Assembly: GCA_026936335.1 (NCBI GenBank)
Contig: JAPMXV010000053.1
Location: 186,001-250,000, forward strand
Direction: 5' to 3'
DNA length: 64,000 nt
Origin: Mantamonas sphyraenae STR306
Lineage: Eukaryota; Protista; CRuMs
The notes under the pieces are model-generated. The model was not told the origin of the DNA. It searched no databases and saw only the letters and a list, made by a program, of their open reading frames with translations. Position 1 is the first letter of the stretch. Every line of letters starts with the position of its first letter. This document shows positions 54,301-64,000 of this stretch, piece after piece. Made by a program: the position numbers and the translations under genes.

Positions 54301-57300
54301 CCACCCGGGCGTGTACAGCTCCGAGCTCGAGGTGGTGATCCACAGACCCGTCCCCGCGGTGTACCTCAACCACACCTTGTTTGGCTTCTGCACCTCGCCC
54401 TCCCTCAGTTCCAGCGACGCCAACGCCAAGCTTGTCCTCGACACCGTACGTCGCTACCTGCGCGACCCCTTCAACAACGAGCCTGCGGGCCCTGTGTTCC
54501 CGCCCACCGAGGAGGTGAGTCCCGTCACAGAGGACCTGTCCAGTCGCATCTACAGCATCTTTCCCAGCGCCGTGGCTCTGTTTCGCGACCCCAGTGGCCA
54601 GCAAGCGCAGGCCAATGTGGTCCTGCAGAACATCAGCAACATGTCACGCGCCTACCACATCCTCGTCAGCGACCCCTTTGTGGTCGACGTGCCTCTCGAT
54701 GGCCTCCTCATCCCCAACGAGCGCCTGACCATCAATGTGTCCATGGTGGCCGAGGACATGGTGTTTGAGGACGACATCGATGCGGGCGTGTACGTGGGCA
54801 TGCTCTCCGTGTTGGACCACAACGAGCAGATTGTGTGCTCCGCCGAACTGCGCGGCCTGCCCGACTACATGGTCACCATGGATATGGACAACCCAGAGGT
54901 GCACCTGCCCAGCACCTACCCCAACGCAAAGGTCACCACCTCGTTCAGTATCCGCAACTGGTACAACGCCAACATCGAGTGGGAGGCCAGGCAGATTGGC
55001 AACGGAAGCAGCTCGTCAAGCAGCAGCAGCAGCAGCAGCAGCAGTAGCAGCAGCAGCAGCATGGACATTGGACGTTTGCTGGGTTCGGTGTCTCCCTTTC
55101 AGTTTTCCGAGCACAAGGGCACACTGAAGCCGTACGAGCAGAAAACCATAACGGTGGAGTTTGTCAGCGATGTGCAGGGTGTGTTTTCGCAGGAGTTTGA
55201 CATTGTGTACACGGAGCCGTCGTTTCTGTCGGGCACACGCGTGCAAATGTTCCACGGGCGCCTGAACGGCTCGGTGGGCGAGTCACAGTTCGAGGTGGAC
55301 CACAGCTTGGTGGACTTTGCCGTGGCCGAGGTTGGCAAACAGAAGCGCTTCTCGGTCAACTTGGTCAACACCGGACCGCAGCAGGAAACGGTGCTGTGTT
55401 CATTGCGTGCGCCCTTCTCCACGCCCACTCCCGAGCTCACCGTCCGTGCGAACGAGTCGCAACCGTTGGAGATTGTGTATACGCCCAGCGGGGTGGGCAC
55501 GCACGTGGACTATGCCATGCTGTACTTTTCCACCAGCACCACCTCCCTGCCCTTGATGGGCTCCGCCGGCACCCTGGAGCTGTCGTCCAACTTTGGACCG
55601 CCCAGCAATTTGCACAGCGCCACCACAATTGACTTTGGCCTGTGTGCCACCTCGCAGCAGATGATCAAGCGTCTGACGCTGACCAACACCGGAACGCTGG
55701 ACATTGTGTTGGAAGACATCACCTCCAGCTCCTCCATCCTATCGTGGGTGTGCTGGCTGGAAAACCAGGCGCATCGTGGGCCGCCCGACTTTGCAAAGGT
55801 GCACATGGACGACCCCGAGGTGGATTGGGACGAGCTGGACTACCACGCAACCGAGAAGCAGCGCGAGGAGCACATGGGCATTGCCTCGAGCTCGGCAGAC
55901 AAGGCCGACGACGCAGCGTTGCACTTTCCACACACTCTGGCCAGTGGCGAAGCCATCACTCTGTCGCTGGCGTTGAAAAGTGCACAGATGGGCGAGTTTT
56001 CGCCGCACATCAGCGTGTGGACCAAGCCCTTTGACACCCGCGATGGCGACACTGCGCAGGAAACGTACACGTTTCAGTGTTATGCGGCCGTGCAGCCTCC
56101 GTTGTTGCTCACAGTGGACACATTGGATTTTGGCAAAGTGCAGGTGGGCAGCAACAAACTGTTGGGCACCGTGGTGCGCAACGAAGGCAGCATGCCCGTC
56201 AGCTGGAGTATCCATCCACCCTCGACCGCCACCGATGTACGTGCCACAGGTGCAGGCGACTCGGGCGCTTTCAAGCTGCCCTTTGACGTGTTCCCTGTGG
56301 AGGGCACGCTGGCACCGGGCGAAAACGCACAGATCAGCGTTGTGTTCAAACCCACCGAGCCGCAAACCGAAGTGTCGCTGCAATACTATCTGTCGTACGG
56401 CGACCTGGGTGCGCAGCGTCTGACCATGGAGGGTGTGGGTGCCACGGCCATCCCTGTGTTGGATTTGACCAACATCGACTTTGGCTGTCTGCGCATTGCG
56501 CACAGCGAAACACGCACGGTGCGGCTGCGCAATCTGGGCATGCTGGACACCAAGTTCTATCTGGAGAACCAGAGCAACTTCTTCTCTGTGGATCCCGAGA
56601 TTGGCCTGCTGGAGGGCCAGAGCAGCGAGCTGATCAAGATCACCTTTACGCCTTCGCGCGACACAAACTACAAGAGCAAGTGCCACTTGATCTGGGACGG
56701 CTCACCCTCGCTGGAGCTGGGCCTGACAGGAAGTGGAGGCAATCACGACGTGGTGGTGCGCGATGCTGAGCTGGATTACGGAACTGCGTTGCTGAACTAC
56801 AGCAACCAGTTGCGCCTCAACGTGTACAACGAAGGAAACGCAGAGGGTGACGTGGAAATCATCTCCATGCACCCGTACATCTCTGCCGAACCCTCGCGCT
56901 TCACCATTGGGCCCAGCTACTCGCGCGCTGTCATCCTCACCTACCAGCCCGTGGAGGTGGAGGACTTGCAGCACGACATCATTGTCAAAACCACAGTGTA
57001 TCCGTACAAACAGTACACGGTGACGCTGCGAGGCACAGTCGGCGCCCCAAACCTGTTCTTTGAGCCCGAAAACATCTTTGAGCAGCCAATCGACTTTGGG
57101 GTGTCGCTCATCAATCGCACACACCGCATGGTTTTCCAGGTGACCAACCAGGGCAACATCGACCTCGACTACCGCTTTGTGTTTATGCGCTCCAGGCACC
57201 ACACCACAAACACATCCACAGCCTCGCTGCTTGCATCGACGAGCAGCACCAGCAGTGACGGCAGTGGCGGAAGCGGCGGCGCAGGTGCAGGCGCACACGG

Positions 57301-59404
57301 TGTGGCCGGGTTGATGGGTTTGCACGGCGGGTTGCTGCCGACCACAAGCAGCACAGGAAGCGGATCATCGTCGACGGCGTACCACCACTCGTCGAGTGCA
57401 CATGCGCTGCCCCCGTTGAGTATCGAGTGGGACGATGGCCACATGGAAGAGTACGATCCGCGGATCCTGAAGATCGAGCCGCACCACGGCATGGTCAAAG
57501 TGGGCCAGAGCATCTCGTTCACGCTGACGTTCCTGCCGAAGCACTTCCAACAGACAAGCGAGTGCTTCCTGGTGCTCAAGAACAAGTTCCAATGGTTCCG
57601 CGTGCCCGTGCGTGGCGTGGGCGGCGACGCATTTCTGGACTTTGAGTCGCCGTTGCGCAACGTGGACTTTGGCCTGTGTCGCACACACAACACCTGCGCC
57701 TCCTCGGTCAAACTCAGCAACACGGGGAACATCGGCTGCAACTTTTTCATCCGTCCCATGCCCAGCGACGGCAACTGGAACTTCTACCTGCAGGAGTTTG
57801 CCATGAAGCTGGCCAACCCGAGGCCTGTGGACAAGGAAAGTTACAGCGAACAGGTGCCCGAGTGGCTGCGCGACTTTCACGACGCAGGCTTCAAGATGGA
57901 CACGTACGACGGATACTGCAAGAGCACACACACGACGACGGTGAACATTGCCTTTACACCGCGCGACACGGAGCGCTACAGCTTTACGTTTGCGCTGTTC
58001 CATCCCAAGGGCGTGGAGGAGTTTCAGATCAGCGGGCAGGGCGGCGTGCCCAAACTGGAAGTGTTGAACGGCGACGGGGTCACCATCGACCTGGAGAAGC
58101 AATTCGACCTTGGATCCCACTCTGTGGGGCGTCCCTACCTGCACACTCTGTTCCTGCGCAACACAGGCTCGTTTGTGGCCCCGTTCTTTATCCGGCCCGA
58201 GTTTCCCGAGGAGTTCCGCCTGACTCCAATGCAGGGCAACCTGACGCCCGGGCGCAGCGTGCCCCTGGAGGTGGAGTTCAAGCCCAAGGACGACAAACAC
58301 CACAACATCGTGGTCAAGGTCATCTGGGACGGTGCGCCGTTGTTTCTCAAGATCCACGCTGTTGGTTCCATGGGCAAGCTGGAAATGACGTACATGTCGG
58401 AAGCAGACGCACACATCCAAGCGCTGGACTTTGATCTGGTGGCTCTCAACACACGCGGCCTCCGGTACGTCAAGGTGACCAACGCGGGCAAGGTGGACGT
58501 GCCCGTGTACGTGTTTAGCAAGAGTTCGGCCTTTACCGTGGCCCAGCTGGACGAGGAGATGACGCGTCGCCTGACATTGACGAAACTGACAAACCGAGAC
58601 GATTTCAGCCGTGAGTTGGAGCGCATCCAGGCGCAGGACGACCTGCGGGAGGGGTTCGAGACATTCCTGAAAGCCGGGCAGATCATGTACATGCAGGTGT
58701 GCCTCGCGCCGGAGCGAGAGGGCCTGTACAGCAGCTACATCAAGGTGAAGTGCGAGTACAACTCGCTGGCAATCCAGTGCCGCGGCACAGGAGGCGCGTT
58801 TACCCTGGAGTATGTTGAACACCTGGGCTTTGGCGAGATTGCACGCAACCACAAGTACACGCGCAACATCACGCTGTACAACACGGGCAGCACACCCTCA
58901 CTGCTCAACTTTTACTGGAAGGTGGAAGGCCACGATTCCAACGATCAGCGCCTGCCGCTCGTCAGCCTCGAGGTGGATGGGAATGCGGATGGCGACGGCG
59001 ACGAGGAAGAGGGCGACAACTCGCTGGAGGGCAGCGGACACAGCACGGGAAGCCATAGCAGCGACGACCACAGCGTGAAGCGAAGCAAGCGTGCACGGTC
59101 GTTGTGGAAAAAGACAGGGCGGGTGGCGCTGGAGTACGAGAGCAGGCGCAAGGCAAAGCAGAGGGCACGCCGCCGCTGGATGATGTTGCGCAGTGTGTTG
59201 ATGGGCAGTGCGCCAGAGGAGCGTGAGGCTCTGAGTGCAAGTGTGCAGGCCATGAAACTGCAGGAGGAGCTGGAACGCATCCAAGAGGAGGCGTTGGCGC
59301 AGCAGCAGCAGCAGCAGCAGATGGATGGCCAAGACGAAGACGGGGGCGAATCACGTGGTATGGTGTCATCATCATCAACGTCATCGACATCATCGTCGTC
59401 ATCA

Positions 59405-59436
<32 letters not shown>

Positions 59437-62400
59437 TGTCCCCGGCCTTTCGCGTGGACAAGAGCTTGCGTTGTCGTCTGCACGCGCGTCATTGCTGAGC
59501 ATGAGCGAATCGGTGGCATCCATGGACGTGGGAGAAATCCAAGTGGCCGGATTGGGCAGGAGCGACAACCACACGCGCCTGATCAATCTGGGCAACGAAA
59601 TGGTGGCCAAGATCCGAGGAATCACGGCACAGGATGCAAAGCAGCAGCAGGAGCGTGACAGCGCGTTGCAAACGTTGTACACAGCGATTCGCAACCGACC
59701 GATCAAGACGCAATCGCCGGAAGCCGGCACGCCGCATCTGTACGTGTCACCCATGCAGGCTACACTGTACCAGTACGGCAAGCTGGATCTGGAGGTGACA
59801 TTGATGCTGGACGCGAGTGTGGACCTGCAGGCGGTGCTGGTGTGCGAGTCGTCGCTGCCCGGTGTGGAAAAGCTGGAGATCCCGCTTTCGGCCAACGTCC
59901 GCAAGGCAGACCTGATTGTGGACAACAACAGCACGCTGAACTACGGTCGGCAGCCCATGGGGGAGATTGAAAACAAGATCCGACGCTTCACCAACACGGG
60001 TGCGCTGGACATCCAGTATCGCATCCGCAGCGACAACCTGGGCCTGACCATCACGCCGCATGAGGGCGTGCTGCCCGCGGGCAAAACGGTGGACGTCAAG
60101 TTTGCGTTTCGGCCCATGGTGGAAACGGTGCAGTGTTGGCCCGTGCTGTTTGAGAGCGACGTGGCGCCGACGATCAAGTTGCACTTTTACGGGTCTGGCG
60201 GCGTCAGCAAACTGTCCTTGCCCAATTTCGACCACTACGACTTTGGCCGCTGCATGATTGACAAGGACACAGTGCACCATCTCAAGATGGGCAACACGGG
60301 CAATGCGTACCTGCGCATCTACTTTTTCGACCTCGCAGACTCGCACGTGTTCCGTCGCGGCACGGGCTGGCCCAACGGCGAGGTGACCATCAAGCCGGGC
60401 GGCCACTTCCACCTGCCCGTGGTGTTCCATCCGACCACCGAGTCGCCGTCGCCGTCGCGTCTGACCATCCACTGCAACGTGGGCAGCTTCACCATCGATC
60501 TGCTGGGCACGGGCCGCCAGGCATTGCTCAACATCGGCAAGCCGTACCTGAACTTTGCCAACTGCCTGGTGGGCAACACATACTACGAAACCGTGGAGTT
60601 TTCCAACGTGGGCGACGTCAACTACCCGCTGACGTTCAAGTGGAAGACCAAGTTTGCCGACGCGGTGCTGATCCCGGAGACGGTGGTTCTGTCGCCGTTT
60701 GAAAAGATGAACCTGAACGTGATCTTCAAGCCGACGGGCTCGATGGAAGAGGAGGTGGCGCTGGTGATCGACTCGCCGTACACCAACAAGCAAATCCCCA
60801 CCCGTTTTGTGGCCGGGTCGGCCGAGCTGGTGTTTTCCACCACCGAACTCAACTTTGGTCTGTTTTCCTACGACAAGCAGGAGATGCGCAGTGTGACCCT
60901 GCTGAACAGCGGGAACATGCCGCTGGAGTTTACGCTGCTGTGGGACAACGCCAAGGACCTGGTGCGTGTGTCGCGCACACAGGGCACCATTGGCCCGGGC
61001 GAGATCTGTGAGCTGTACGTGCACTTTATCGGCGACCGCATTGTGGCGTTTGACGAGGAAATTGTGGTGGCCACGGATTTGGAGTCGGAAACGTACCGGC
61101 TGCGCATTGTGGGCCAGGCCGACCGCCCAGAGGTGGACTTTGCGGCGTTTTCCAACGTGTCGTTGGGAGTGTGTGCGGTGGGCGAGCTGGCGACGACGAC
61201 GTTTACGATCGACAACCTGGGTGGGTACCCGCTGGAGTACAAGCTGAAGGCGACGCAGCCCGTGCGTGTGTCTCCCAAGGAGGGAGAGATCATGGGCCAC
61301 GAGTCGCAGACAGTGCAGGTGACGTGGTTGCCCACGGGCAGCTACGAGTTGAACAGCGTGGTGCGCATGTTTAGCAACGATGGCAACTATTCCATTCACG
61401 TGCGCGGCACGGCCACGTTTCCCGACTTTAGCATCGGGCGAAGCGTGCTGGAGTTTGGAGTGTGCGAAGTCAACTCGGAGTATCTCAAGTCGGTGGTGAT
61501 TCGCAACACGGGCCGTGTGCTGCTCAAGTGGCGCACGCCCGAGTTGCCGCCAGGATTTCAGATCTCGCACGACCACGGTGTGCTGCAACCGGGCGAGGAG
61601 TTTGCGTCGGACGTGCACTTTTGTCCCACGCGTGTGAAGAAGTACGGCGGCTCGTTCTTTGTGGAGGCGCCCGGCCGGAACAAAAAGGTGAGCGTGAGCG
61701 GTGTGGGCGGACGCCACCTTATCCAGATGACACCGGCCGACGTGTACGACTTTGGCAACACTGCGTGTGACATGTGGCTGGAGATGCCGCTGCTGGTGAG
61801 CAACACAAGCGACGTGCCGGTGGGCATGGAAGCAGAGGCGTTTGAGTCGCCCCTGCTCAGTCTGCACACAGAGCCGCGCGATTTCAGCATCGAGGCACGT
61901 ACGACGCGACAGGTGCAGCTGATGGTGCACTGCAAGCAACCGGGGCCATTCGAGCAGCGGTTGTTCTTCAAGGCATTTGGACGCACGTGGACGCTGCTGG
62001 TGAAGGGTGTGGGAGTGCGCATTGTGCTCAGCAGCCTCAGCCGCAGTGTGCTCTCCATGGAGGTGTTGGAACAAGCGAACCAGCCCGGCGTGTTGCGACG
62101 CGATCCGAACGAAGTCATGACAGATCTGGTGCGACGCAGTCCTCGCGAGGTGCTGTTCCAGGGCGTGAGCAAGCTGCGCACGCAAGCGCTTGGCAGCATG
62201 ATTCGACACAGCAAGGGTGGAGCCGGAGCCTCGAGTGGCGTACAGGTGATGGAGGGTGGTTGGATGCAGCAGAGTGGGCCACAGGACGGTGGCGAGGCAG
62301 ACGGAGGCGGTGGATCGTCATCGTCGTCCGTCGTCGTGGATGACGGAATGGACATGTGGACGTCCGACGTGGAGGAGGTGGCACCGGGCGTGTTGGGATC

Positions 62401-63082
62401 GTTCCGGGAGCAGGTGGATCAGTACTACGAACAGATGAACGCGTACTCGTTTGCACCCAACGTGCACGAGGCGCCGCACACGCAAGAGGCACGCAAGATG
62501 CTGAGCATCGAGACGCAGCTGCGTGCACAGAAGCAACACGGCGAGGGAGACAGTCTGCTGGACATGGTGACACAGTACGAGCCGCGCTTGTTCTACGCAG
62601 ACACGACGGAGCTGCGCAGGCATGTGGAACCGGACACAAAGACACGCAGCGTGCAGGGACTGACGGCACGTCCGCCGGCACTGCATCCCGCGCCCACTCG
62701 CTATTTTGTGAGCAAGTATGCACCCATGCTGTACTATCCAAAGGTGGTGTGGCAAGAAGCGAGCAGGAGCGGGCCATCGCTGCCTGTGACTGCGTTGATC
62801 CGCGGTGAAGTGACCGCAGAGGAGCTGCTGGAGATGGATGAAAGCACGGAGGATGTACTGGGCAGCGACGTCGTGGAGGGAGTGCTGTTGCAAGGCGGTG
62901 TAGGTTTGGAGGTGGCCGTGCACGGCCAAGAGGAGGACTACGACGGGGATGTTGGCGAAGATTTCCAGCCCGCACAAGGAGAGTTTGTCAAGCCGGCGGA
63001 AGAGACGGATGAGGGGGACGAAGGAGAGGATGGAGAGGATGGAGAGGAAGGGGAGGAAGAAGACGAGGAAGATGAGGATTGA
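51348..63082 (+). CDS. Giant ASH/MSP (ASPM-SPD2-Hydin) Ig-like repeat protein, Hydin/CFAP47-like (~3803 aa)
   Basis: Exons 51348-51476, 51619-51956 and 52138-63082 join in frame (11412 nt). Around 20 or more repeats of [L/I]DFG.C.......L.N.G.....F...P..G.L.PG......V.F.P after a helical N-terminus; acidic tail. Confidence 0.85.
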
Positions 63083-63706
63083 AAATGATGTGCTGTTGTG
63101 TCGATTCTACTCTCTGCATTCCTGTGTCTTTTTGTTCCAATGGCCAACTGCTTGCCTTGCTGCTGACTGCGCACTCAACAACATGGTCAATTCAAACTTT
63201 TTCTCTATTTTCTTGTGTGTGTTGTGTGTGTGTGTGTGATTTCTCTGTACATCTGCACATCTGTGCGCCCGCCTGCGCTGTGGTCCTTCTCTGGAGTCAT
63301 CGCGTTCTGCGTTGTCGTTTCCAGTGGTCAGCTTCAGCTTCTCGCTCTTGCCCGTGTTTCCCCGTGCGTGTGTTTGCGACGCCCGTTGTCGTTCATGTAT
63401 GCCACGTCTATGACCATGGTCCGTGTCCATGTGTGTGTATGTGTGTGCAATGGTGGGGATGGAGGCTCGTGGTTGTCTGATTGACCGTTGTCTGCGTGGT
63501 GGTGGTGTGAGTCTGTGCTTCGGGAGGCCCTTTCAAAGCACTCCATCCACACACACTCACACACTCACACCCACTCACACACACGGGTACAAGCACACAA
63601 TCCACTGCCACCCATCTCTCCAACCCAGCACACCCACATCCATCCACACTCTCCCCCCTTTCAAAACATGATCCTTGTGCCACACCCTACTCCAACAGCA
63701 GACATC

Positions 63707-63973
63707 AACATCAACGCATTGGGCTGTGTGGACAGCGATGCCAATGGCCCCTCCACTGGCGCAGCGCGTGCCTCCAGAGCCAGCCCCAGCACAGACAACA
63801 GCGCAACAATGCCATGCAGCAGCAGGGTCCTTTACCCTGCTCCCACATCCCCGTGCATCTCGCTCTGTCCTACAAGTGCTCCCTGGCTCCTGGTACGCCC
63901 TGCTGCCTCCTCACACCCGTCACCGTGCCGATACAGCACCCATGCTGTATCGGAACGGTGTTGCGTTGATGTT
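63707..63973 (-). other. Highly self-complementary element (structured 3'UTR, ncRNA or fold-back)
   Basis: 12-bp perfect inverted repeat 63707-63718/63962-63973 enclosing a 17/18-bp hairpin (63921-63960) and a long imperfect rod centred on an 8-bp stem (63821-63841). Confidence 0.55.
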
Positions 63974-64000
63974 CAGCCCGCTAGACGACGACGACGACGA
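63920..64000 (-). CDS. Possible 3' end of a gene entering from the right (poly-Ser, PAM2-like LNINATPF, TGA)
   Basis: Translation SSSSSSSGLNINATPFRYSMGAVSAR*; only 27 codons are visible. Confidence 0.3.
   Translation of the reverse strand, partial: SSSSSSSGLNINATPFRYSMGAVSAR

Noticed and set aside
63921-63984. Helitron 3' end (hairpin followed by CTAG)
   Set aside because: CTAG is 20 nt from the hairpin and is followed by A rather than T; no 5' TC end or Rep/helicase is evident.
1-64000. tRNA, rRNA, transposase or reverse-transcriptase genes
   Set aside because: None recognised by eye; a covariance-model or HMM scan would be needed to exclude them fully.

Overview
Very gene-dense, GC-rich nuclear DNA from a microbial eukaryote. 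It uses the standard code and GT-AG spliceosomal introns of about 65-360 nt with CTRAC branch points, and has (CA)n microsatellites and poly-Ser/Asp tracts. The organism is probably flagellated, since it carries MKKS/BBS6-like and Hydin/ASH-like genes. I reconstructed 18 protein genes by hand: copine (partial), MKKS-like chaperonin, a 2462-aa multipass-membrane/degenerate STAND-NTPase/TPR protein, RNASEH2C, MIC60, DPY30, a BC-box LRR protein, a 3331-aa CLU-like/TPR protein, an SDR, pallidin/BLOC1S6, a 1684-aa Cys-rich multipass receptor-like protein, four tandem ankyrin genes, an orphan ORF, a cytochrome b5-like protein and a 3803-aa ASH/Hydin-like protein. There is also a candidate intronic box C/D snoRNA and a strongly self-complementary element at the right end. 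The standout region is 37.1-50.7 kb: four paralogues with the layout [putative pseudo-GTPase]-[ankyrin repeats]-[C-terminal F-box/PRANC-like motif]. They are packed operon-like (stop-to-start gaps of 4 and 20 nt and a duplicated ATGA stop/start junction) and show patchwork sequence exchange, a domain-splitting frameshift and a direct-repeat-flanked inserted cassette. All family assignments come from motif recognition by eye; no database searches were run.
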